Positions 9,166 to 19,349 of a stretch of DNA of 64,000 nt are shown here, in pieces. Numbering within the stretch: position 1 is the stretch's first letter; each line of letters opens with the position of its first letter. The position numbers and the translations under genes are program-made. The stretch lies in the NCBI GenBank assembly GCA_963764625.1, contig CAVXTH010000008.1, positions 1-64,000 of the forward strand, written 5' to 3'. Origin of the DNA: Candidatus Krumholzibacteriota bacterium. GTDB lineage: Bacteria; Krumholzibacteriota; Krumholzibacteriia; JAJRXK01. Under the pieces are notes generated by a model, which saw only the letters and a program-made list of their open reading frames with translations, was not told the origin of the DNA and ran no database searches.

Positions 9166-12100
9166 TCATTTCTTGCCCGTTTTGATGTGGTGGGCCATCT
9201 GATACAGAATCGGAGTGTAGAAGAGAGTGAGAGCGGTGGTCAGAGTAAGTCCACCGATGATTGTCACCGCCAGGGGGCGCTGGAGCTGTTCTCCGCTTCC
9301 CAGTCCTATGGCCATGGGGAGCATGCCCAGCACCGTCGTCACACTCGTCATGATGATCGGGCGCAGGCGTAACGAGCTTGCCCTCATGATCGCCTCGTAG
9401 CCGTCCATCCCATCCTCTCTGAGGCGCTGAATCGTATCGACTTTCACAATTGCGTCGTTTACCGCAATTCCGATCAGCGCGACCACCCCGATCATCGACA
9501 GCATGTTGAGACTGTTGCCGGAGATTCCAATGGCCAGGAACGCACCGGCCAAGCCAATGGGCAAAATGGCTGCGATGAGCAGAGGATCGAGGAAACTCTC
9601 GAACTGCGCGGCGAGGATCATGTACACCAGAACCACGGCCAAAAGCATGGCCCAGCCCAGATCGCGGAACGACTTGTTGCGCTCGCTTCGCTCCCCGCTC
9701 TGGATGAGGCTCACGTTTTGGTCGGCCACCAACTCCTGGCCGATCGCCATTGCGTCCTCCCAAACCTTGTCCAGCGATCGCCCTTCGACATCTGCGCTGA
9801 CCGTGACCATGCGGTTTTGATTCTTGCGCACCAACTCACGAACCGGGCGCTCTTCCTTTATGCTCAGGAAAGATGAGAGCGCCACGGTCTTGCCATTGGC
9901 GACTTTGATCGCGTCGTGCATGACCTGATCGAGGTTCTTGCGGGTGTTCTCATCGAAGCGCACTGCGATGTCGATGCGCTGTTCGACTTCGTTGAATGTG
10001 GTGGCTTCGGTACCGGCAATACGGTTCTTCAGTTCGGTCGCGATCATCTGGGGATCGAGACCACTGCGCAGGATTGCTTCCCGGTCCAAGCGAACCACGA
10101 CATTGGGGTTGCCCAGGACACGATCGACCTGTACGTCCTTGAGTCCTTCGACCGCCTTCAATCGCTTCGCCAGCTCGTCCGCGACTCTCACCGCCAGTTG
10201 CGCGTCTTCGGACACCACTCCCATCTGGAATCCCCCACCTCCCGCCGACAAAACCTCTTCCAGCCCGATGCCCTCTTCGCGAAACGCGAAGTCGATGCCG
10301 TCGTAGGACTTCATGTGCTCGGTGATTTCCCTCTCGAGGCGCTGTCCTTCGCGCGAGGCTTCCCGAGAGGGCTTCAGCAAAATGCGCAGGCGCGCAGTGT
10401 TGGGAGCAGTGTAGTCCTGCAGGGAACTGAGGGTGTGTTCGGTGCTCCCGACCTGGCTGAAGACGGTCTTCACCACCTTGTCCGCTTCGATCCACGATGC
10501 GAGATCGCCGGTGAACGACATCGTCTCGTCCAAAGGAGTGCCGGCGGGCAATTCCAGATCGAGGCGCATGTCTCCACTGCTTCGCTGTGGCATGAAGGTG
10601 CGCTTGAGTTCCACTCCGTAGACAAACGAACCTGCCAAAAAAACGGCGAGTCCGATCAACATCCAGCCTCGGTGACCCATCGCCTTCACGAGCGCGCGGT
10701 GGTAGAGGTCGTGGAAGGAGTTGAACGCGTTCTCGAACAAACGGAACATCCCCTTGGGCTCGCTCCCGATCTTCAGGACTCTCGAAGCCAAGACGGGTTG
10801 GAGGAGCAGCGCCGCCAGCACCGATACCAGAAGCGAGAGCGTCACCGTTAGAGCCTGATCGCGAAAAAACGCCCCCGCGATGCCTGGTACGTAGACCACG
10901 GGGAAGAAGACGGCAATGGTGGTGAGGGTGCTCGCGATCACCGGCCTCGTCATCTCCATGGTTCCCCTGGCCGAGCAATCGGCCACCGTACGCCGCTCCC
11001 ATCCGTAACGAGCAGCGGGAATACTCGCCGGCTTTTCAAAGTCCGCTCTCTTGCCGCGGCTCTCCTTCAGGTGCCGGTTGATGTTCTCAAGCACCACGAT
11101 GGCGTTGTCCACCAGCATTCCGGCCGCGAGTGAGAGCCCTCCCAAACTCATCAGGTTCAGGTTGACTTTGCTGAAGTAGAGCAGGCCAAAGGTGATGAGG
11201 ATGGAGACCGGAATCGCGATCCCCACCACCACCGGGCTGCGGAAATCGCGCAGGAAGAAGAACAGCACCAGAAACGCCAGGATGGCCCCGGCCAGAAGTG
11301 AGTTGCGAAGCCCGCGAAAGCTCTCCTTCACGTAGTCGGCGTCGCGATAGATGAACTGGGATTTGAAATCCCCATATTCCCCACGCAGATTCGCGAGGCT
11401 CTTATCCACTTCCTTGGAGACCTGAATCGTGTTTGCCGCCGGTTCCTTGTATATGAGGAGCGCGACCACCTGCTCGTCCCCCGATAGCGCGGCTCCCTCG
11501 GGCTCCTTCGTGGCATCGAGCACTTGCGCTACATCGCCGATCCGAATGGTCGCGCCGCCGGATTGAGCGATGTCGGTGGCGGCGATTTCATCCAGGTTTT
11601 CGTACTCGCCCGCGATTCGGAGAGAGAGCTGCAGCGGTCCCTGCCGAATGCGTCCTCCGGGAAACGAAACGTTCGAACGCGCTAGAGCATCGCGAATATC
11701 CTCGATCTTGATGCCGTAGACCGCGAGCTTCCTCGGGTCGGGCTGTACCCGAATTTCCCGGGTGACCCCCCCGATCACTTCCGCCTGACTCACGCCATTC
11801 ACCTGCTCCAGCGCCGGCTTCACGACTTCTTCCGCGAACTCGGTCAAGTTCTGCAGGCGCCGTCCATCCGCCTGCAGGACCAGATTGGAGATGGGCCGCC
11901 CGGTCGGATCCCAGCGCAAGATGGAGGGGCGGTCGGCGTCCTCGGGGAAGTCGTCACGGAATGCGACGCGGTCGACGGCTTCCCTGAGATGGAGATTGGC
12001 GAAGTCCATCTCCGTTCCCCACTCGTATTCGACCGTAATGGCGGAGATTCCCTCGCGGGTGCGTGAGGTCACTCCCCGCACCCCCGACAGGGCGGTGATC

Positions 12101-12303
12101 ACTTCCTCCAGCGGCCGCGTGACCAGTCGCTCTAGATCTTCGGCGGGGATGTCAGTGTAGGAGGTGATGACGGTCAGACGCGGGTAGACGATCGAGGGGA
12201 GCAGATCCACCGGGAGACGCTTGTAGGAGATCACGCCCAACAGCACCAGGGCGAGAAAGAGCATGCTGACCGCAATGGGCCTCTGGATCGCTCCTCTCAG
12301 CAT
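9166..12303 (-). CDS. RND efflux permease (AcrB/AcrD/AcrF family), subunit 1
   Basis: Start reset to ATG at 12303 (MLRGAIQRPIAV), overlapping the adaptor stop codon; GMLVDNAIVVLENI, AAQFESF, RLRPIIMTSVTT. Confidence 0.94.
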   Translation of the reverse strand: MLRGAIQRPIAVSMLFLALVLLGVISYKRLPVDLLPSIVYPRLTVITSYTDIPAEDLERLVTRPLEEVITALSGVRGVTSRTREGISAITVEYEWGTEMDFANLHLREAVDRVAFRDDFPEDADRPSILRWDPTGRPISNLVLQADGRRLQNLTEFAEEVVKPALEQVNGVSQAEVIGGVTREIRVQPDPRKLAVYGIKIEDIRDALARSNVSFPGGRIRQGPLQLSLRIAGEYENLDEIAATDIAQSGGATIRIGDVAQVLDATKEPEGAALSGDEQVVALLIYKEPAANTIQVSKEVDKSLANLRGEYGDFKSQFIYRDADYVKESFRGLRNSLLAGAILAFLVLFFFLRDFRSPVVVGIAIPVSILITFGLLYFSKVNLNLMSLGGLSLAAGMLVDNAIVVLENINRHLKESRGKRADFEKPASIPAARYGWERRTVADCSARGTMEMTRPVIASTLTTIAVFFPVVYVPGIAGAFFRDQALTVTLSLLVSVLAALLLQPVLASRVLKIGSEPKGMFRLFENAFNSFHDLYHRALVKAMGHRGWMLIGLAVFLAGSFVYGVELKRTFMPQRSSGDMRLDLELPAGTPLDETMSFTGDLASWIEADKVVKTVFSQVGSTEHTLSSLQDYTAPNTARLRILLKPSREASREGQRLEREITEHMKSYDGIDFAFREEGIGLEEVLSAGGGGFQMGVVSEDAQLAVRVADELAKRLKAVEGLKDVQVDRVLGNPNVVVRLDREAILRSGLDPQMIATELKNRIAGTEATTFNEVEQRIDIAVRFDENTRKNLDQVMHDAIKVANGKTVALSSFLSIKEERPVRELVRKNQNRMVTVSADVEGRSLDKVWEDAMAIGQELVADQNVSLIQSGERSERNKSFRDLGWAMLLAVVLVYMILAAQFESFLDPLLIAAILPIGLAGAFLAIGISGNSLNMLSMIGVVALIGIAVNDAIVKVDTIQRLREDGMDGYEAIMRASSLRLRPIIMTSVTTVLGMLPMAIGLGSGEQLQRPLAVTIIGGLTLTTALTLFYTPILYQMAHHIKTGKK

Positions 12304-13661
12304 TACTTCACCCGATCGAAGGATGCCCAGGCGTCGGGGGGGGCCACTCTCTTCTTCACGTTGATCTTTGCGTCGTGAGCGAGCGTCAAATGATTGGAGA
12401 TGATCACCGGGGTTCCCGGATCGAGAGGACCACCCTGCAACACCCGCTCGATCTCCACGAACAGATCGTTGCTCGCGCCCAGCTTCACGTAAACCCACTT
12501 CGAATGGTCATCCACCACTTTGAAGAGCAGGGGTCGGCCGTCGCGGGTGAGAATGGCGGCCCGAGGTACGAGGAGACGATCCTCGAGAATCTCCCCCGCG
12601 ATGAAGGCGCGGACGAACATCCCCGGCCGCACACGGCCGTCCTCGCTGTGCAGGCGCATCAAGACTTCGCAGGTACGGCTCTCAGAATCGATCCGCGGAC
12701 TGATCACGTCGACCCGCACCGGGATGGTATCTTGCAGGGCCGGCATCGCGAGCAATACGGGACGGCCGATCTTTAGATCCTTGAGGTCACTCTCCAGAAC
12801 CCCTACCACCGCCTCGATGTCCACGTTGTCCACCAGCGATGTGAAAGTTTGGTTGGCGTTAACCCACTCTCCGTTGGCGAGAGTGAGCCCGGTGAGCACC
12901 CCCGAGAACGGCGCGCGGATTTGCGTCTTCTCCAGGTTCAGCCGGGCCTGCTCCTCGTCGGCCCGCGCCTGAACCATCCCGCTTCGCGCTTCCACCAGTT
13001 CTCGTCGGAAACCGCCCTGGCCGACCGCTTTCATTCCCAATTGGATTTCGCGATCGAGCCGTTCCTCGCGCGTGATTTCGCCCTTGGCCTCCAGTTCCGC
13101 CAGCTTCCTCATACCGGCGTGAAACTCGTCGTCTTGCGAGGAATCATTGGGCAGAGTGGCGCCGTCCTCTTCGACCGCGACTTTTCCCAGAGCCTGTAGA
13201 TAGCGGCTGTGCGCCTCCTCGATGCGGATCGAGTACTCGCGCCCATCCAACTCGGCCAGAAGCTGGCCCTTGCGTACCTGCTGGCCTTCTTCGACCAGAA
13301 TACGTCTGATCTTGCCCGAAATCTCGAAGCGGAGCTCCGCGGTGTGGCGCGCGCGGATGGTTCCCTCGGCCACGACGGGCACCACGAGTTCCCCTCGAAA
13401 CGCATCGCACACGTTCACGCTGACTGCTTTCTCGGTTCTCTCTTTGTCCTGCGAATCGTCCTGCGAGTCCTCGTCGGACGCATCGGACGACTCGGTCTCA
13501 TCGGAGTTGGCCTTGGCCTCCTGCTCGTCGCTGGTTGCCTTGTCATCCTTGGCTTCGTCGGGATGCTTCGAACACGCGTTGACAGTAAGAAGAACGAGGA
13601 GAATCGAGAGCAAGAAGGCGCCGAAGAAAATGCCTCGCTGCGTGGACTTTCGTGGAACCAT
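12303..13661 (-). CDS. RND periplasmic adaptor (membrane fusion protein), probable lipoprotein
   Basis: GAGGAG RBS before ATG 13661; hydrophobic signal ending TVNAC; lipoyl motifs VEEGQQVRKGQLLAELD and IRAPFSG; RPGMFV. Confidence 0.92.
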   Translation of the reverse strand: MVPRKSTQRGIFFGAFLLSILLVLLTVNACSKHPDEAKDDKATSDEQEAKANSDETESSDASDEDSQDDSQDKERTEKAVSVNVCDAFRGELVVPVVAEGTIRARHTAELRFEISGKIRRILVEEGQQVRKGQLLAELDGREYSIRIEEAHSRYLQALGKVAVEEDGATLPNDSSQDDEFHAGMRKLAELEAKGEITREERLDREIQLGMKAVGQGGFRRELVEARSGMVQARADEEQARLNLEKTQIRAPFSGVLTGLTLANGEWVNANQTFTSLVDNVDIEAVVGVLESDLKDLKIGRPVLLAMPALQDTIPVRVDVISPRIDSESRTCEVLMRLHSEDGRVRPGMFVRAFIAGEILEDRLLVPRAAILTRDGRPLLFKVVDDHSKWVYVKLGASNDLFVEIERVLQGGPLDPGTPVIISNHLTLAHDAKINVKKRVAPPDAWASFDRVK

Positions 13662-13701
13662 CTCGCGGAACTCCTCATCGAATGGCCGGGTGGCGGAGAA
13701 A

Positions 13702-13742
13702 GGCGGCAAGAGGAAAACGCCGCCGCATTTCCTCCTGCCGCC
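13702..13742 (-). terminator. Intergenic 15-bp hairpin, terminator/attenuator-like, between the beta-propeller gene and the RND adaptor
   Basis: Minus strand GGCGGCAGGAGGAAA-N11-TTTCCTCTTGCCGCC followed by TTTCT. Confidence 0.6.
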
Positions 13743-13761
13743 GAGCACCATCTGCTAGGAC

Positions 13762-15060
13762 CTAGTTCATTCCCAGTTGTGTGCCGTCGAGCTTGTAGCA
13801 GATCACTGACATGGGCTCGGGGTTCTCTTCTTCGAGAACGTCTGCGCTGCCCCCATTCGCGGTCATGGCCGCGGACAGGAAGTCGGTGACCACGAAGAAG
13901 CGATCTCCTGAGATGAAATAGCCGTCTTTCATGGGATCGCCGTCACCCTTCAGAGTGACCTGCTGCCGGAAGTGTCCCTTGGCATCGAATACGTCGAAGA
14001 CCCCGACCGTGCCCTCGGGAGCATCCAGTTGGCCGCGGCTCGAGAGAACCCAGACGCTCCCATCCTCGCGGGGGAAGATCTGTCCGACGTCACGATCGTT
14101 GTCCTCGATCTTCCAGGTCGAATTCGGGACCTGTCTCTTGGTGAATTCATCGTAGATCTTCTGCCAGCGATCTTTCTCCTCGCCGGTTCGCTTGCGAGGC
14201 TCATAGGCCCGTTCGATGTAGCGAACGGCGCCGCTGCCGTCACAGACCTTGATCTGGTACTTGTTCCATTCGGTAGGAATGTACGCGAGCCCGTCTTCCC
14301 CCACGGTCCAAACTCGATCGAAGGAAGACCACTCGCTCTCGGTAAAGATCGGCGAGCTCATGGTTAGTGAGCGCTTCTCCGAATGGAGGGTCTGCTGGAT
14401 CGCACCCTTGCCGTCGATGGCCACGACCTCCCGCGTCTGATCGAAGACACCTTCGGCAAAGTGGTTGATACCGATGGAGAGAACCAGGTTCTTACCCACC
14501 GCGCCACCACCGCGATACAGCAGCACGAAACCACCCTCGTCCGCGCTGGGAAGAGAATGATCATCCGCGGGTTCTCCATCGGGCTTGAGGACGACCAGCC
14601 GCCCGGGGAATACCTGAAGGACCGCGATGTTTCCGCTGGGCAGGAAGAACATGTCCTGAGCACCGCGGAATTCCCCGGGGCCTTCACCCTCGCGCCCGAT
14701 CGTGCGCAGGTACTCTCCCTCGGGGCTGAAGACCTTGATCTCCGAGAGTTGGGAATCAAGAGCGTAGAGGTCTCCCTTGTCGTCGGTGAGGATCTTCGAG
14801 ATGAGCCCGAAAATCTGATCGTCGTCGTCGGTGTCTCCGCCGATGCGCCATAGCTCCTTCAGTTCGACCGTCTTGTTGCCGTCAGAGGGATCGGCGGGGC
14901 TGACGACGTGAACTACACCGTCGGCGTCCTTGCTCTCGGTGCCCTGCCACTGTGCCCCAAAAGCCCAGGGTGCGCACAGAAGGACGAGGGCGCCGACGAG
15001 AACGAACAGTAGGCCTTTCCTCAGCGAGGTCGAAGGCGTACGAAGTGCAAGCATATTCAT
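13762..15060 (-). CDS. Secreted 6-bladed beta-propeller protein (NHL/DUF5128-like)
   Basis: Signal peptide (…CAPWAFG|AQW); 'IKVFSPEGEYLRTIGREGEGPGEF' NHL-type motif; 'FDVFDAKGHF'. Confidence 0.85.
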   Translation of the reverse strand: MNMLALRTPSTSLRKGLLFVLVGALVLLCAPWAFGAQWQGTESKDADGVVHVVSPADPSDGNKTVELKELWRIGGDTDDDDQIFGLISKILTDDKGDLYALDSQLSEIKVFSPEGEYLRTIGREGEGPGEFRGAQDMFFLPSGNIAVLQVFPGRLVVLKPDGEPADDHSLPSADEGGFVLLYRGGGAVGKNLVLSIGINHFAEGVFDQTREVVAIDGKGAIQQTLHSEKRSLTMSSPIFTESEWSSFDRVWTVGEDGLAYIPTEWNKYQIKVCDGSGAVRYIERAYEPRKRTGEEKDRWQKIYDEFTKRQVPNSTWKIEDNDRDVGQIFPREDGSVWVLSSRGQLDAPEGTVGVFDVFDAKGHFRQQVTLKGDGDPMKDGYFISGDRFFVVTDFLSAAMTANGGSADVLEEENPEPMSVICYKLDGTQLGMN

Positions 15061-15215
15061 CTTCTCCTAAAAATCGGGGCAAATCGATGCGAGCCACTCA
15101 TCTGCATCACGAAGCCTGGGATCGACCGGGCCTGACACCCATGGCTGCTCCTACGCCCTTTCGGTGCTCGAGGTTGCGCCGCAAGGGCCGAAATTGATCA
15201 TGAACTTCCTTCTCA

Positions 15216-16502
15216 CTATTGCGCGTGCGAGAGGTCCAGGGGAAGCGCGAAGGCCTGGATCTCCAGCGGCTCGGGCTCGCCCATCTCTCGTCCTCGTCCT
15301 CCTCGTCGGACCCGACCGCGATCCGGATTCCTCCTCCGAAACCGGCCGCCCAGGACTTCAGGGCGCCATTGAGCTCCTTGATCCGGTAGAAGCGGTCCTT
15401 TGTGAGCACGAAGCCATCCTCGCGCTCATCATAGTCCAGCCGCAGCCGAACCACGTGCTGAAAATGGCCCTCCGTGTCGAAGACGTCGAAGCTGCCCAGT
15501 CCCTCCTCATCCTCCCCGGACGAGCGACTGGTCCGGACCCAGAGTTCCCCGTTGGGCCGGACGAAGAGACTCCGGATGTCGGGCTTAAAGTCGGGAAAAT
15601 CTGGCTCCATTTCCATTCCCCGACTCCGTGAAGTCTTCTCGAAGTTCTCCTGGCGCCGCTTTTTTTCCTTCGCGGTGAACGCTAGTGGCTCGTAGTCCCT
15701 CTCGATGATGCGCTCTACCTTTCCGTCGAGCCCATACACCTCGATCCGGTACCCCGCGGGTTCATTCACCACGAAGACCCGTCCGTCGGGTCCCACCGCC
15801 CATTCGCGCGCGAAGCGTTCGTCTCCCATGCTGATCCGCATCCGTCCGCCGCTCACGTCCATCACTTTGGATTCCTCGCCGTAGGTCAGAATCTCCTCGC
15901 CTTTCGCGTCGAGGGCGAGGAGACGATTGATGTTCTTGACCTTTCCCTCGCTGAACGATCCCATCGTCTCCTGCATGATAACCCGATCCTTCGCCGACTC
16001 CACTTGAGCCACCATGGCGAATCCTCCCTGCCCGGGAATCGGATAGTCGTCGAGACCCTGACCCTCTTTGTCCAACACCGCAATGCGGCCAGGCATCATT
16101 TGCGAGACGCCGATCCTGCCCTGGGGCAAAAAGAAGAGAGCATTTGGGTTGGTGAATTCTCCGGGGCCTTCACCTTTGTGACCCAAGGTCCGGAGATATT
16201 CACCCTTCGCATCGAAGACCTTGATCTCGTAGATCTGTTGGTCGAGCAGGTAGGTGTTGTGCTCGCCGTCGACGAGAATCTGCTGCACCAGTCCGAAAAG
16301 TTGGTTCGGATCCGTGCTATCCCCGCCCAGAGTGAACAGGGGCTTCAAGCTCACGCTCAACTCACCCGCGGCCGGAGAGGACGGATTGTGGACGGTGGGG
16401 ACTCCGGCGATGGTCTCTTCGCTTCTTTCCCACTTTGCGTGCGCGCCGCCGACAACACCCACCAGAGCTGAGAACGCACAGGCAAAGCGCGAGAGTTCGC
16501 AT
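15216..16502 (-). CDS. Second secreted 6-bladed beta-propeller (paralog of 13762-15060); two apparent frameshifts (~16470, ~15285)
   Basis: AAGGAAG RBS and ATG 16502 (MRTLALCLCV) shift into SALVGVVGGAHA|KW; IKVFDAKGEYLRTLGHKGEGPGEF; C-terminus in the shifted frame EPEPLEIQAFALPLDLSHAQ* matches the paralog's NPEPMSVICYKL. Confidence 0.8.
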
Positions 16503-16608
16503 GGCACTTCCTTGGGCTTGGGAGTGAACGGGCCGACTCGAACCGCGCTCGAAGGGATGGAGGACATGGCAATATTAGCCCACCGGAGCTGACATTTCCA
16601 AGAAATCC

Positions 16609-17884
16609 CTACGCGACGGGGGATTCTGGATCCTCGTTCACCGCCGCGAGCGCTGGGTGACCCGCCAGCCAAAGCAGGGCCAGGAGCGCTACTGACGATC
16701 TCCAGGGCTCCCGACGCGATGATCACTTTCACCACGCTGGTCGCATCGGCGATCCAGGTTCCCAGTGCGAGGGACGCGACACTCAGGGGGCCGAAGAGAG
16801 GTCCCAGCCAGGAGAATGCTCGACCGCGGTACTCCTGTGGCACCCGGGCTTGAAAAAGACTGGTGACACGAACCTGGAGCATGCCGGCCACGAATCCGAA
16901 CGCGCCGAAGAGAGCCATGGCCGGGGCGATGTGGGTGGCGAGACCGAAGGCCACCAGCGCCCCGCCGTCCAACACCGTCGCGATCGGCATGATCAGAGTG
17001 GCGGAAACCCACCGTTTGCTCAGCGGCGCCATGATCGAACCCAGGATTCCCCCCACCCCCATCATGGAGATCAGAGTGCCCAGCTGCGGATCGCTTCCCT
17101 GCAGAACGTCCTTCACGAAGACCACCACCAGCGGCTGTTGCATGCTGGAGATGAAGGTGCCGAGAGCAAAAAACACGATGGTGAAGCGCAGGGCGGTGTC
17201 CGCGGTCAAAACACTGAGGCCTTCGCGGATCTCGCCGAAGAATTCCCTCCAGGCTCTGCTTGCTTTTGCAAGGGTCTCCTTTGCCGCTGGCCGGGGGCAA
17301 CGGCCCAGCCCAATCAGGGTCACCGCGCTCAAGAGATAGGTGGCGGCGTCCACCCGAAAGCACGCAGTCAAACCAAAGCGGCCCGCGAGGAGTCCCGCCG
17401 CAGCCGGACCCACGATGAGAAGGAGATGCAAAACCGAGGAGAGGGCGCCGTTCGCGTTCAATACCTGATCATCTCGCACGATCTCGGGCAGCACTGCCAT
17501 GCGCGCGGGATCGGCGAACTGCCGCGCGATCGCCAAAAGCGCCGCAATGAATAGGATCTGTCCGAGCGAGTTCGTCAGGGGAAGGAGCAGCACCAGGAAC
17601 GCCTGCAGCAGGTCCAGGCCCATCATGAGACGTCGCCGTTCGACCCGGTCGATCACCCATCCGGCCAGGGGGGCCATCACGGTACCCGGCAACACCTGGA
17701 CGATGGCTAAGAGACCGAGATCGAAGGTACGGCCCGTCTTGGCATGAACCAGAAGGAGAAGCGCGAAGATGTGAATTCGATCGCCGAAACCGCTGACGGT
17801 CTCGGCGGCGAAAAGGCTCCGGAAGCGGCGGTTGTGCCGCAGCGGGAGCGCTTCAGAGAGTTCTGCTGAAGGATTCGGGTTCAC
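16609..17884 (-). CDS. MFS transporter (DHA3/macrolide-efflux-like); apparent frameshift ~16690
   Basis: 'LRHNRRFRSLF', 'GWVIDRVERRRLM' motif A, 'QARVPQEYRGRAFS'; last TM continues in the alternate frame VALLALLWLAG…SPVA* (TAG at 16611-16609). Confidence 0.85.
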
Positions 17885-17924
17885 GAGCGCGAGCTTAGCC
17901 GCAGCGACTTGGCCGTGCCAGCCT

Positions 17925-19322
17925 TTAACTGACCATCGAGCTTCCCGGCTGGTAGCGCGGACGGCAATGTCTCGTTACTTCCAGAATGCGCACGCCGGGG
18001 AGTCGTGCCATGAGGCCATAGCTCCTCTGGTCGATCCGCAGGCGAACCTCAATCGGATCCTTCTCGTAGTCGATCGTGAGGACCTCAGCGAATTCGTGCA
18101 GCAGAGCCAGGCTCCTCGGATGCGCGAGATCGACGGCGAGCAACACGTCTCGTTCTTTGGCCACGAGCCTGCTTCCCACCGCCGTGAGCAGCTCCGGCTG
18201 TCCGAGACCCAAGAGTGCATTGGTGAACACCGCGTGAGGCCAACGCAGCCGGGCGTATTCGAGCCAGCTTTCGTCGGTGACGGTGTCGATCTTGTTGAAG
18301 ACCATGACCTGTTCCGATTGCTCCCCGCAGACACTCTCGAGTACGCCCTCCACGGCCTCGATCTGCGCATCCACATCGGATGCGCCGGCGTCGACGACGT
18401 GAAAGAGGAGATCCGCCTCGTCGACTTCACCCAGAGTGGCGCGGAAACACTCGACTAGATGGTGAGGAAGCTTGCGCAAGAAGCCGACCGTATCGGTGAG
18501 CAAGAAATGCCGGCCCCCCTCCAGCTCGATTCTCCGGGTGGTGGCATCCAGGGTCGCAAAGAGCTGATCCTTCACGTAAACCTCGGCTCCGGACAGGAGG
18601 TTCATGATCGAGCTCTTGCCGGCGTTTGTGTAGCCCACCAACGCGACTCGATACTCGTTGGCGCGTTGCTTATGCTGGGTCTGGACGTTGCGATCGATTT
18701 CTTTCAACTCCCGATTGAGTTGGCTGATGCGCCGTCGAATGAGCCGCCGGTCCGTCTCGATCTGCGTCTCTCCGGGACCTCGCGTGCCGATACCACCGGC
18801 CTGCCGCTCGAGATGCTTCCACATGCGCGCGAGTCGGGGCAGAAGGTACTGATGCTGGGCCAAACTCACCTGAAGCCGTGATTGGCGCGTGCGAGCATGG
18901 CGCGCGAAGATGTCCAGAATGAGTTCGGTTCGATCGAGCACCCGCACGCCCAGCAGACGCTCGAGATTGCGTCCCTGCGCGGGCGATAGATCATTGTCGA
19001 AGATGACCAGATCGGCGTGTGTGCTCTTGACCAACTTTTTCAACTGGTCGGCCTTGCCCTTGCCCAATAGGCTTTTGACGTCGGGACGCAGCCGCCGCTG
19101 TTCGATCCTAGCCACCACCCTGGCACCGGCGGTATCGGCTAGACGTTCCAACTCATCTAAATCGATCCAATCGATCGCACGGACTTGGGTCGGATTTTGG
19201 TGATAGACCATGGTGGGAATGGTGAACTGCACTCCCGCGAGCACGGCTTTCTCCACGAGAGCCTCGCGCGGTGGCTCGTAGTAACAATCAGTCGACCTGG
19301 ATCTCGGCCTTTTCTCACTCAA
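17925..19322 (-). CDS. hflX: GTPase HflX
   Basis: LDRTELILDIFARHA, GIGTRGPGETQIETDRR, VGYTNAGKSS, LFATLD, TDTVGF, NKID. Confidence 0.97.
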   Translation of the reverse strand: MSEKRPRSRSTDCYYEPPREALVEKAVLAGVQFTIPTMVYHQNPTQVRAIDWIDLDELERLADTAGARVVARIEQRRLRPDVKSLLGKGKADQLKKLVKSTHADLVIFDNDLSPAQGRNLERLLGVRVLDRTELILDIFARHARTRQSRLQVSLAQHQYLLPRLARMWKHLERQAGGIGTRGPGETQIETDRRLIRRRISQLNRELKEIDRNVQTQHKQRANEYRVALVGYTNAGKSSIMNLLSGAEVYVKDQLFATLDATTRRIELEGGRHFLLTDTVGFLRKLPHHLVECFRATLGEVDEADLLFHVVDAGASDVDAQIEAVEGVLESVCGEQSEQVMVFNKIDTVTDESWLEYARLRWPHAVFTNALLGLGQPELLTAVGSRLVAKERDVLLAVDLAHPRSLALLHEFAEVLTIDYEKDPIEVRLRIDQRSYGLMARLPGVRILEVTRHCRPRYQPGSSMVS

Positions 19323-19349
19323 GGGCTAGAGTGCTCCTCGGACACTGAC

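Noticed and set aside
15107-17884. 925-aa MFS-beta-propeller fusion ORF
   Set aside because: Frameshift artefact: the MFS has its own hydrophobic end and stop (16609) in another frame, the propeller has its own RBS, ATG and signal peptide (16502), and the linker is non-protein-like
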